Assembly: GCA_045636465.1 (NCBI GenBank)
Contig: JAZTXP010000044.1
Coordinates: 628-64,627 of the forward strand
Direction: 5' to 3'
DNA: 64,000 nucleotides
From: Eubacteriales bacterium
GTDB taxonomy: Bacteria > Bacillota > Clostridia > Oscillospirales > CAG-272
Program-made: the position numbers and the translations under genes
The notes under the pieces: generated by a model
Database searches by the model: none
Told to the model about the DNA's origin: nothing
What the model saw: only the letters and a program-made list of their open reading frames with translations
Part shown: piece after piece, positions 54,265-63,190 of the stretch
How the letters are laid out: every line of letters begins with the position of its first letter
Numbering within the stretch: position 1 is the stretch's first letter

Positions 54265-55494
54265 ATGAAAGATATAAAATTATGTGTAATTGGCGGCGGC
54301 GCTGCAGGTATGATGGCAGCCGGTACTGCCGCACTGTACGGTGCTGATGTCACGATATTTGAATCTACGAACCGGCTCGGCAAAAAGCTCGCGATAACCG
54401 GAAAAGGACGCTGCAACGTGACTAACGCCTGTACAACTAACGAATTCCTTGAAAATGTTACAAAAAATCCCAGATTCCTTTATGGCGCACTCAATGCTTT
54501 TTCTACCGAGGATACAATGAGCTTCTTTGAATCGTTGGGGGTGAAACTAAAGACCGAAAGAGGAAAAAGGGTATATCCTACAACAGATAAGGCGAAGGAT
54601 ATAGTAGATGCAATGAAAAAATATGCATCATCTGCCGCCATTATCTACAAAAAAATAACCTCAGTCCAATACCGAGACGGAATTTTTACGGTTATTGCCG
54701 GAGGCGAAGCTCATGATTTTGATAAGGTCATCTTAGCTACCGGAGGTAAATCCTATCCTCTTACCGGATCGGATGGCTCGGGATACAGAATTGCTAATAA
54801 ACTCGGACATAAAGTCACAGAGCTTATTCCCTCTTTAATTCCTTTGGAATCCGACTCAGCTTTATGCTCGGATATGCAGGGGTTATCATTAAAAAACATT
54901 GCAATAAGAGTCCTGGATGAAAACAATAAAGCTCTTTACAGTGACTTTGGTGAAATGATGTTTGCCCATTTCGGTGTTACCGGCCCGGTGATCCTCTCGT
55001 CATCGGCACATCTCAGAGGAATTGATATTTCGAAGCTCACGCTTTCGATCGATCTGAAGCCTGCACTTGATGAAAAAACTCTTGATGCAAGATTACTTTC
55101 GGATTTTAAAGAGAAGAATAACAAAGATCTGATCAATGCAATGGGGGATCTTCTGCCCTCAAAAATGATAACACCTTTTATCGAATGCACAGGCATCGAC
55201 GAGAGAAAAAAGGTAAATTCATTGACAAAAGAAGAAAGATACAAAATTCTGACTCTGCTGAAGGATTTTAGAATACCGCTTACGGGATTCCGTCCAATTG
55301 AGGAGGCCATAGTAACCTCCGGCGGAATTGATGTCAAGGAGATATCTCCAAAGACAATGGAATCTAAGATTATACCCGGTTTATACTTTGCCGGAGAGAT
55401 GATTGACGTGGATGCATATACCGGTGGATTCAATCTTCAAATTGCATTCTCTACCGGATATTTAGCCGGAAAAAGCGCGGCAGAAATATATTAA
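54265..55494 (+). CDS. HI0933/BaiN-family FAD flavoprotein
   Basis: VIGGGAAGMMAAG...GKKLAITGKGRCNVTN is the family signature. Confidence 0.8.
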   Translation: MKDIKLCVIGGGAAGMMAAGTAALYGADVTIFESTNRLGKKLAITGKGRCNVTNACTTNEFLENVTKNPRFLYGALNAFSTEDTMSFFESLGVKLKTERGKRVYPTTDKAKDIVDAMKKYASSAAIIYKKITSVQYRDGIFTVIAGGEAHDFDKVILATGGKSYPLTGSDGSGYRIANKLGHKVTELIPSLIPLESDSALCSDMQGLSLKNIAIRVLDENNKALYSDFGEMMFAHFGVTGPVILSSSAHLRGIDISKLTLSIDLKPALDEKTLDARLLSDFKEKNNKDLINAMGDLLPSKMITPFIECTGIDERKKVNSLTKEERYKILTLLKDFRIPLTGFRPIEEAIVTSGGIDVKEISPKTMESKIIPGLYFAGEMIDVDAYTGGFNLQIAFSTGYLAGKSAAEIY

Positions 55495-55507
55495 TTTGGA
55501 GAAAAAC

Positions 55508-56944
55508 ATGATTAGAATAGCAATCGACGGACCGGGCGGCGCAGGCAAATCCAGCGTTGCAAAGGCCGTAGCATCAAGACTTCAGATCGTATACGTTGAC
55601 ACAGGTGCTTTGTACCGTACTATCGGTATGTATATGCTCAAATCAGGTGTAGATCTCAAAAACAACAATGACGTTATAGAGAATCTCGACAAATTTACTC
55701 TTGACCTTAAGTTCATCGACGGAAAACAGGTAATATTGCTCGACGGGATTGATGTGGGGGATGATATCAGAACTCCCGAGGTTTCCATGGCTGCTTCTTG
55801 CGTAAGTGCTATACCCGAGGTAAGGCAGTTCCTTCTTGATATGCAAAGAAATATTGCCAAAAGCAATAGCGTTATCATGGATGGCAGAGATATAGGTACT
55901 GTTATCCTCCCCGATGCTGAAGTAAAAATCTTCCTCACTGCCAGCCCCGAGGCGAGAGCAAGAAGAAGATATGAAGAACTTATATCTAAAGGCAAAGACG
56001 TCACTTATGAGGACGTTTACAGGGCAATGGTAGAAAGAGACCACAACGATACCAATCGCACTATTGCCCCCTGCGTTCCTGCAGATGATGCTATCATTTT
56101 AGACAACTCCGACTTTGACCCTATCGAGACAGTCGAAGAGGTTGTCAGACTTATAACCGAAAAGCAAAAAAGTTTTGATGCGAAAAGCACTTCAGAAACA
56201 CAAAACGATGATGAGATATCAAATAACTTAGAAATCAAGAATAATATCGAGGCAGAAAACTCAATAGAAGCGCCAGAAAAAACGTTTTATATGAAGGCGC
56301 ACAGAATTCTTGCTCCTTTCTTCAGATGGATCTTGCGTCTAAATCCCCACGGGCTAGAGAATATCCCGAGTGAAGGCGGAGTAATATTCTGTTCAAATCA
56401 CATTGGCGCACTTGACGTTATTTCAATTGCAGCATGCACCGAAAGGCAAGTGACATTCGTAGCCAAAAAGGAGCTGTTCTCGATTCCTCTGCTTGGAAGG
56501 CTTATTACTGCTCTCGGCGCAATAAAAATCGACAGGGGGGGAAATGATATAGGCGCTATCAAGGCTTCAATCAACGCAGCTAAGGATGGGAGTGCCGTCG
56601 CTATATTCCCCGAGGGACATAGGTACCCCGGTATCAATCCTGCAACAACTCCAAAGCGAAACGGCGCGGCTCTTATCGCATACCGCTCGGGATGCGATAT
56701 CGTTCCCGTTTGTATTCAGATGAAGAATGCTAAATACGGTCTTTTCCGTAAAATTGACGTAATGTTCGGCGAGGTTATCGAAAATTCATCTCTTGGATTT
56801 GAAAATGGAGGCCACGATGAATACGAGGTGGCTACTGAGAAAATATTCAATGAGATTGTGAAGCTTTCAGACTATGCTTCCCTTCCCTCGTACGATCCTG
56901 AAAAGGACAAGCATAACAAAAAGGCAAATAAGAAAAAGAGGTAA
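55508..56944 (+). CDS. cmk: Fusion of cytidylate kinase and 1-acyl-sn-glycerol-3-phosphate acyltransferase
   Basis: N-terminal IAIDGPGGAGKSSVAK...DTGALYR (Cmk). An acidic low-complexity linker follows. C-terminal NHIGALD (HX4D) and FPEGHR acyltransferase motifs. Confidence 0.8.
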   Translation: MIRIAIDGPGGAGKSSVAKAVASRLQIVYVDTGALYRTIGMYMLKSGVDLKNNNDVIENLDKFTLDLKFIDGKQVILLDGIDVGDDIRTPEVSMAASCVSAIPEVRQFLLDMQRNIAKSNSVIMDGRDIGTVILPDAEVKIFLTASPEARARRRYEELISKGKDVTYEDVYRAMVERDHNDTNRTIAPCVPADDAIILDNSDFDPIETVEEVVRLITEKQKSFDAKSTSETQNDDEISNNLEIKNNIEAENSIEAPEKTFYMKAHRILAPFFRWILRLNPHGLENIPSEGGVIFCSNHIGALDVISIAACTERQVTFVAKKELFSIPLLGRLITALGAIKIDRGGNDIGAIKASINAAKDGSAVAIFPEGHRYPGINPATTPKRNGAALIAYRSGCDIVPVCIQMKNAKYGLFRKIDVMFGEVIENSSLGFENGGHDEYEVATEKIFNEIVKLSDYASLPSYDPEKDKHNKKANKKKR

Positions 56945-56949
56945 TCGCC

Positions 56950-59001
56950 TTGAATATTATCCTTTCTGAATATGGCGGCTTTTGCCCCGGAGTAAAGCGC
57001 GCGGATAAAGAGATCCGCAGGCTGCTCAGGGAAAGGCTACCGGGTGAAAAGGTTTACATTATAGGTCAATTAATTCACAATGATATTTACAACCGCGAGC
57101 TTATGTCTCTCGGTGCAAATATAATTTCTTTTGACAGTATCAAAAAAATAATTGAAGATAAGAGTCTAATTCACAGATTTGTTATTCGCACTCACGGTAT
57201 CACTAAGGAGCAATATGACACACTTCTTAGTCTCGAGTCCGAAAATAACAACATAAGAATATCTGATCTGACTTGTCCGTCGGTCAAAAAGATACACAAA
57301 ATTGCCGAAGAGAAAACAGGTGGCAATACGTTTTTTGTTCTTTACGGCAATGCAAATCATGATGAAGCTATCGGTAATATTTCCTATGCCAAAGGAAAAA
57401 AGGCCATTATTTCTTCATTAGAAGAGACAGAAGTCTTGAATTTTGAAGGGAAAACTCCGATTTTATGCTCTCAAACCACCCAAAATCTGTGGGAATACAA
57501 AAAAATAAAAAAATTTTTAAAAAAGGACTATACAAATTCAATTTTTTATGATACAATATGTAGTGTCACTGAAAATCGACAGACCGAGGCGATGAAAATC
57601 GCTGAGCAGTCCGATGTGATGATAGTTATTGGAGATCGTAGCAGCGCTAATTCAAACAGGCTCTATGAGCTATGTAAGAGTGTTTGCCCGAATACCCAAT
57701 TTATCGAATCGACAGCAGGATTAATAACTGATTTTCCTGACAACGCAAAAAGCGTAGGAATAACCGCTGGTGCTTCCACACCTGACGGTATAATATTGGA
57801 GGTTTTAAAGACTATGGATAACTTTAGTCAAATGCTGGAAGGCTCACTCAAAACTTTACATACAGGAGAAACAGTTACCGGTACCGTGTTCACCATCAGT
57901 GAAAACGAAATCAAGCTTGACCTTGGCGCTAAGTTCACCGGCGTTCTTGCAAAAGAACAGATCACAGACGATCCCACTGTAAAGCTCGCTGATATGTTCA
58001 AGATCGGCGATGAGGTTGATGTCTTCGTAATCAGAGTTGAGGACGGTAAGGGCCTCGCAACCGTATCTAAGAAGAGAGTTGATGCGGACAATAGCTGGAC
58101 AATCCTTAAGGATGCTTTCGACAACGGTGTTGTTCTCGAAGGTAAGGTTGTATCAGTAGTAAAGGGCGGCGTTGTTCTTGTAACAACAGGTAACAATTCC
58201 GTATTCGTACCTGCTTCCCAGACAGGCGTAGCAAGAGGCGGTGATCTCTCCACTCTCGTAGGTACAACACAGAGAGTTAAGCTCATTGAGTTTGACGTTG
58301 CAAAGAAGAGAGCTCTCGGCTCTATCAAGACCATTCTCGTTGCTGAGAAGAAGGCTAAGGAAGATGCTATCTGGGCTACTCTTGAGGTTGGCAAGCACTA
58401 TATGGGTACTGTAAAGAACTTTGCAGCTTACGGTGCATTTGTTGACATCGGCGGTGTTGACGGTATGGTTCACAACACCGAGCTTTCCTGGAAGAGAATC
58501 AAGCATCCTTCTCAGATTCTTTCTATCGGCCAGGAAATCGACGTATTCATTAAAGATCTTGACGTTGAGAAGAAGCGCATTTCTCTCGGCTACAAGACAC
58601 AGGAAATGGATACTTGGTATCAGTTCACTCAGAAGTTCAATGTAGGCGATATCGTTCCTGCTAAGATCGTTTCCATTATGCCCTTCGGCGCATTCGCTGA
58701 GGTTTATGAGGATGTTGACGGTCTTATTCACATCTCAAGAATCTCTACTCAGAGAATCAACTCACCCGCCGAAGTTCTTTCTGTAGGACAGGTTGTTGAC
58801 GTTAAGATCGTAGAGATCGACGATGAGAACAGAAAGCTCGCTCTTTCTATCCGCGCTATCACTGAGGCGGCTGAAAAGGCTGCAGCAGAAGAAGCGGCAG
58901 CGGCTGAAAAGGCTGCTCTTGAGGCAGAAGAAGCTGCTGAGGCTGAAAGACTCGCTCAGGAAAGAGCTGATATGGCTCCCTATATTGTAGGTTCTATCTA
59001 A
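56950..59001 (+). CDS. ispH: Fusion of 4-hydroxy-3-methylbut-2-enyl diphosphate reductase and ribosomal protein S1
   Basis: TTG start with an AAGAGGT RBS. N-terminal GFCPGVKRA (IspH), followed by four S1 repeats (G..V.G.V..I..FGAFV) and an Ala/Glu-rich tail. Confidence 0.85.
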   Translation: MNIILSEYGGFCPGVKRADKEIRRLLRERLPGEKVYIIGQLIHNDIYNRELMSLGANIISFDSIKKIIEDKSLIHRFVIRTHGITKEQYDTLLSLESENNNIRISDLTCPSVKKIHKIAEEKTGGNTFFVLYGNANHDEAIGNISYAKGKKAIISSLEETEVLNFEGKTPILCSQTTQNLWEYKKIKKFLKKDYTNSIFYDTICSVTENRQTEAMKIAEQSDVMIVIGDRSSANSNRLYELCKSVCPNTQFIESTAGLITDFPDNAKSVGITAGASTPDGIILEVLKTMDNFSQMLEGSLKTLHTGETVTGTVFTISENEIKLDLGAKFTGVLAKEQITDDPTVKLADMFKIGDEVDVFVIRVEDGKGLATVSKKRVDADNSWTILKDAFDNGVVLEGKVVSVVKGGVVLVTTGNNSVFVPASQTGVARGGDLSTLVGTTQRVKLIEFDVAKKRALGSIKTILVAEKKAKEDAIWATLEVGKHYMGTVKNFAAYGAFVDIGGVDGMVHNTELSWKRIKHPSQILSIGQEIDVFIKDLDVEKKRISLGYKTQEMDTWYQFTQKFNVGDIVPAKIVSIMPFGAFAEVYEDVDGLIHISRISTQRINSPAEVLSVGQVVDVKIVEIDDENRKLALSIRAITEAAEKAAAEEAAAAEKAALEAEEAAEAERLAQERADMAPYIVGSI

Positions 59002-59024
59002 TACAATATACAGTTAAACACAAA

Positions 59025-59048
59025 AGCCTCGCCGATGCGGGGCTTTTT
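59025..59048 (+). terminator. Intrinsic terminator after ispH-rpsA
   Basis: Stem agcctcgc/gcggggct (one G-U pair), tetraloop, T-run. Confidence 0.6.
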
Positions 59049-59054
59049 CTTATA

Positions 59055-59095
59055 CAAAAAACAGAGGCAATGTGATTTCTGCCTCTGTTTTTTTC
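59055..59095. terminator. Bidirectional terminator (acagaggca / tgcctctgt flanked by an A-run and a T-run)
   Basis: 9-bp perfect stem read directly, located between convergent genes. Confidence 0.7.
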
Positions 59096-59116
59096 GCTAT
59101 ATTAGTAATATTAATC

Positions 59117-59647
59117 TTATTTTAACGCAATCCAAAACCTTTTTAGGTATTCATTTTCGTTTGGTTCGTATACGGTGGATTCATAAACACCACCATTTGC
59201 GAGAATTGTCTTTTCACTACCAATATTCTCCTCAATACAAGTAATCAGTATCTTTTCAATACCTAAACTGCGGCAGAAAGGCATGACCATTTTAAGCATT
59301 TCTTTTGCATATCCCTTGCGCCTCTCGCTGGGCCTCACCGAATAACCTATATTACCTGCATATTTTTCGAGATAATCATTAAAATAATGTCTTACTTGAA
59401 TCATTCCAACAAGTCTATTATCATTCTTTCTGACAAGCATAAATTGGGTTGCCAAGACCTTGTCAGGAGGCAAAGTTTCCGGCGATTCATAATCAATGCA
59501 TTTTTGTATAAACTCCAAGGGGTTCTCTATTCTTCGGAGCGAGCCGCATCCGTCCATAGAATCCCCTGCATCGAGGAATTCTTGCCTATATTCTGCTATT
59601 TGATTTGCATATCCACTTGTTGGACGTATTAATAGTAATTCTTCCAT
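59117..59647 (-). CDS. GNAT-family N-acetyltransferase
   Basis: The acetyl-CoA-binding region RRKGYAKEML is typical of GNAT proteins. The start at the internal Met avoids overlap. Confidence 0.75.
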   Translation of the reverse strand: MEELLLIRPTSGYANQIAEYRQEFLDAGDSMDGCGSLRRIENPLEFIQKCIDYESPETLPPDKVLATQFMLVRKNDNRLVGMIQVRHYFNDYLEKYAGNIGYSVRPSERRKGYAKEMLKMVMPFCRSLGIEKILITCIEENIGSEKTILANGGVYESTVYEPNENEYLKRFWIALK

Positions 59648-59658
59648 AACTTTTTCAT

Positions 59659-60108
59659 TTATTTTAACTCGTATAACCATTTTTTGCCCTTTTTATAATA
59701 GAAAAACTCACTTAAATCATCTTCTAAGAAGACGCGAAGCATATCCTTCATATCGTTTGAAAGCTTGAGATTAGGAAGATTATCAATATTTTCCCACCAT
59801 ACCTTTCCTTCATTCGAAGAAACAAGCTCCCCTTCAAAATGAGAGGTTTTATAGAATAGAACTACATACCTGCACTCGTTTTCATACCAATCCTTTATTC
59901 CGCATAATTGAGGTGAGGAAATCTCCAGACCGGTTTCTTCGCGGACCTCGCGAATTACAGCATCTGTAAAGGATTCTCCAAGCTCCACGTGGCCTCCCGG
60001 GAAGGTAATTCCAGGCCAGTCATTCTTTTGTCTGTCTATGACTACAACTTTATCGCCTTCATAAACCATACACATATTCGTAAATTCAACTTTTTCTATT
60101 TTTGACAT
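59659..60108 (-). CDS. NUDIX hydrolase
   Basis: Nudix box GGHVELGESFTDAVIREVREETGL. Confidence 0.85.
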   Translation of the reverse strand: MSKIEKVEFTNMCMVYEGDKVVVIDRQKNDWPGITFPGGHVELGESFTDAVIREVREETGLEISSPQLCGIKDWYENECRYVVLFYKTSHFEGELVSSNEGKVWWENIDNLPNLKLSNDMKDMLRVFLEDDLSEFFYYKKGKKWLYELK

Positions 60109-60111
60109 CTC

Positions 60112-60303
60112 TTACTCCTGATCAAAACAAAATGGATTTTTGATGTTTTCTGCACCGAATGCTTTGGTGGCCATCCTGTACATCGCTTTCGCATGGATGC
60201 GGTCGTGCCAGATGAAACGACGGATGACCTTGCGGAGTGACCAGGACTCGCCGTAGCTGACTTTTCTCTTTCTCTGCACGTCACATAGTGCATTTTTAAT
60301 CAA
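60112..60303 (-). CDS. 63-aa ORF with a DinB-like C-terminal helix motif. Either a small coupled gene or a gene remnant.
   Basis: ATGA overlap with the upstream methyltransferase gene. WSLRKVIRRFIWHDRIH resembles the last His-containing helix of DinB-superfamily proteins. This is a weak assignment. Confidence 0.3.
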   Translation of the reverse strand: MIKNALCDVQRKRKVSYGESWSLRKVIRRFIWHDRIHAKAMYRMATKAFGAENIKNPFCFDQE

Positions 60304-60845
60304 ATAATGATGGGCTTCTTGGCATCAATAATGATTGATACCATACCTAATCTTCCGTCCTTGTTTCGCGTATCAAAACGCAAGGAGCGACCTATTTTCC
60401 CATCAAGCTCGTTCCAATATTTATAATGAAATGTTCCGCTTTCATCACAATATTCAAGGAGTTCAACGGTAAAACCGGCTTTTTCAAACACTGAAGAGAG
60501 GGTTTTGTAGTCATATACGATTTTATGAGTGTATGCCGGATGGTTAGGATCTCCATTGCCACCGACTTTAACCATATTTTGATACCATTCGTTTCTGAAA
60601 TTAGCATCCGGTACGGCGACTCTGACGTATCCTCCGGGCGCAAGATAGTTATAGCAATTTTTCGCCGCGAGAATTCCCTCTTCAAGCGTCAAATGCTCCC
60701 ATACATGCTCTGCCAAGAATGCGTCAGCTTTACTTCCCTTCAGTTTTTTTTCAAAATCTTCCGAATTTATGATATTAAACTCGTCTATTTGAGTGCTTTG
60801 CCAGCCGTCAAAATAGGTATTGCCTGCACCTATTATAATTTTCAT
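60300..60845 (-). CDS. Class I SAM-dependent methyltransferase-like protein
   Basis: IIGAGNTYFDGWQSTQID...AEHVWEHLTLEEG...LAPGGYVRVAVPD follows the Methyltransf_11/23 pattern. Confidence 0.6.
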   Translation of the reverse strand: MKIIIGAGNTYFDGWQSTQIDEFNIINSEDFEKKLKGSKADAFLAEHVWEHLTLEEGILAAKNCYNYLAPGGYVRVAVPDANFRNEWYQNMVKVGGNGDPNHPAYTHKIVYDYKTLSSVFEKAGFTVELLEYCDESGTFHYKYWNELDGKIGRSLRFDTRNKDGRLGMVSIIIDAKKPIII

Positions 60846-60870
60846 ATATTTATTCCTTTAGTAACCGAAT

Positions 60871-61995
60871 TTATAAACCAAGCAATAAACTGAAGCTCTC
60901 GGGAAGGATTAAACGCCAGGATTCTTCGTTATGAGGCTTTTGCATATCATAAGTTTCATATATTTTATCTTCCGGATATCCGTGTTTTGCCAAAAGCTTC
61001 TTCATTCCCTTAGCGGAAGGCAAAAGCATACGCTCTAGCATATCTCCGCCACCGCAATAAATATGTATTTGAGGGAGAATGTCTTTGCTCTTCTCAAATT
61101 CTTTTTTACTGAAGTAGTTATCGAATGCGCTCATATCGTAAAGGCCGAATGCGGGAGAATAAGAAAGAACGTATTTATAAAATCCTTGTTCCTTTAGTCC
61201 ACAGTAAAATGCCGCTATTCCTCCCATTGAAGAGCCGCCTATGCCTATGTTTGCTTCGCTTACGTTGTAATTTTCTTTTATAAAGGTGTGTAACGTGCTT
61301 ACCATAAAGTCAGATAAGCCATCGAGATATCCTTTGGAGAAATCATCATCGGGTATTGCTGTTGCCATGGGAGAAAGCTTACCGAATTTGTTATGATCCA
61401 TAAATAGCTCGTGACTGCGGTATTCGTCTGCGTTATCAATACCGACAACGATTATTTTCTTTCCATACTGACTATATATTTCATCTAAAACCATGTCTAC
61501 CTGCCAGGAGCCGTATGGATCACCGTTTTCAGTGTATTCACCCGAATTGCAGAATAAATTCTGGGCGTCAAAGAAATAGAGCAGATCGTATGCTGTATTG
61601 CCGTTGTAGTCCGTAGGAAGAAAAACGCTGATTTTCTTAGATTTGTCACTTCGGTAGGCGAGATTTTTTTCGTCTGTCAGAGTGTAATTCTCTACTCTGC
61701 CTGAGTTTGTGCCTTTATTTAAGAAAAGGTAGGTAAGGTCGTGCGCCTTATTTTCGTTATACTTATATTCTACACCCAAAGAAAGCGCACCGGGATATAC
61801 CTTTCCGGTTCTTTTGCCTAATCCGCCACTGAAATACAGATAATCAAATTTTTCATTGTCGAAATCAATCTCGTATAATCCGTCGGAATTCTTTTCTTTT
61901 AATTCGAATGACTTTTTTATGATATTGTCTTTTATACCGCAAATTGCTTTTACGGTTTTCCATTCTTTTGTATTTCGAAAGTATATCATATTCAT
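60871..61995 (-). CDS. Alpha/beta-hydrolase esterase (putative esterase family) with an N-terminal beta-sandwich-like region
   Basis: Nucleophile elbow GGSSMGG and the VFLPTDY...YFFDAQNLF pattern. The start at 61995 was chosen because the longer ORF overlaps the upstream gene. Confidence 0.7.
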   Translation of the reverse strand: MNMIYFRNTKEWKTVKAICGIKDNIIKKSFELKEKNSDGLYEIDFDNEKFDYLYFSGGLGKRTGKVYPGALSLGVEYKYNENKAHDLTYLFLNKGTNSGRVENYTLTDEKNLAYRSDKSKKISVFLPTDYNGNTAYDLLYFFDAQNLFCNSGEYTENGDPYGSWQVDMVLDEIYSQYGKKIIVVGIDNADEYRSHELFMDHNKFGKLSPMATAIPDDDFSKGYLDGLSDFMVSTLHTFIKENYNVSEANIGIGGSSMGGIAAFYCGLKEQGFYKYVLSYSPAFGLYDMSAFDNYFSKKEFEKSKDILPQIHIYCGGGDMLERMLLPSAKGMKKLLAKHGYPEDKIYETYDMQKPHNEESWRLILPESFSLLLGL

Positions 61996-62008
61996 AGTCT
62001 TGCCCCCA

Positions 62009-62560
62009 TTATAAAGAGAATTTTTCTTTGATGATTTCTGCGACATCTTGCGGTGCCAGATTTGTGTTATCGATCTTGATATAATTTTCAAACGGCAGCT
62101 CGCCTTCAAAACTTTCAAAACGATGGTTTTCGTCATCAATTTCAAGTCTGCGCTCTGAAGCAGCAAGATCGCGTTTTGATGCTTTATGAGCCAGGCGATT
62201 TTCGGTAGTATTTCTTTCGTGTCGCGCTTCTTTCGAAGCAACAAGCTCAACGTAATAGAACTCGGTATTGTAGGGCTCGAATATTTTGTGAACAGAGTCA
62301 ACGTAATCCCAATCTGCTTTGGAGTCAAAGGCCCACATAAAGGTGAAGATCAGGCCGTATTTATCGCTTTTCGCAAATTCTTCAAATATAGTTTTTCTGA
62401 GCTTGCCTATTACCGCTGAATTAAATTCACCGAATATCTCCAGCACCAGCTCTATAGTCATATGGTTGTGAAACAAACGCAGATCCGTTATTTTCATAAG
62501 CTCCTGACCTACCGTCATTTTACCTACTGCACCGTTTCCAAATATAAATACCAGTTTCAT
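62009..62560 (-). CDS. Small P-loop kinase-like (AAA-type) ATP-binding protein
   Basis: Walker A FGNGAVGKMT at the N-terminus. 183 aa. Confidence 0.6.
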   Translation of the reverse strand: MKLVFIFGNGAVGKMTVGQELMKITDLRLFHNHMTIELVLEIFGEFNSAVIGKLRKTIFEEFAKSDKYGLIFTFMWAFDSKADWDYVDSVHKIFEPYNTEFYYVELVASKEARHERNTTENRLAHKASKRDLAASERRLEIDDENHRFESFEGELPFENYIKIDNTNLAPQDVAEIIKEKFSL

Positions 62561-62569
62561 TTAGACCTC

Positions 62570-63187
62570 CTATTTTAACACTTCTGCAATTTCTGCCAGA
62601 TTATAAATTGTGTAATTTACAAATTTATTACCATATCTATCATTTTGTAGCTTTGATAGACCATTTTTGATCCATATTGTTTTCATACCTAGACTGCTTG
62701 CCGGAATAATATCGTTATCCAGTCTGTCTCCTACCATCATGCATTCCTCAGGACGGCATTTTGCTCTTCTTATAGCCTCCTTGAAAATTCCGATATCCGG
62801 TTTTGATATACCAATATCCGAAGAAGAAACTACTATATCAAAGCATTCTAAAATTCCCCACTTATCCAGTCGTTCATTTAGTCCGGCCACTTGGTTTGCA
62901 ATTATTCCAAGGCGATATCCCGAATTCTTTAATTGCTTTAATGCGGATTCTGCATCACTGTATAATATCTCATCTTCGGTATGCCACGGCGTTTTTGAAA
63001 GGCCAAAGAAGTCGATAGCGGCAGAGTTACCATCTAAGCCCAGAACCGCCAGTTCTTTGCGTTTTTTATCGAATTCCTCAAAGGTAATATCTGTATCTTT
63101 GATCATATCAAATACACGATGATCGTAGGCTTTTGTTTCGTCTACCAAAGTAGAGCCTACATCAAAGAAAATCCATTTAAGTTCCAT
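62570..63187 (-). CDS. HAD-family hydrolase
   Basis: Motif I FFDVGSTLVD and motif IV MVGDRLDNDI. Confidence 0.8.
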   Translation of the reverse strand: MELKWIFFDVGSTLVDETKAYDHRVFDMIKDTDITFEEFDKKRKELAVLGLDGNSAAIDFFGLSKTPWHTEDEILYSDAESALKQLKNSGYRLGIIANQVAGLNERLDKWGILECFDIVVSSSDIGISKPDIGIFKEAIRRAKCRPEECMMVGDRLDNDIIPASSLGMKTIWIKNGLSKLQNDRYGNKFVNYTIYNLAEIAEVLK

Positions 63188-63190
63188 ATT

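Noticed and set aside
61996-62328. N-terminal 111 codons of the long ORF 60871-62328
   Set aside because: This stretch overlaps the well-supported P-loop gene (62009-62560) in another frame. The esterase homology begins only after the internal Met at 61995, which has its own G-rich RBS.
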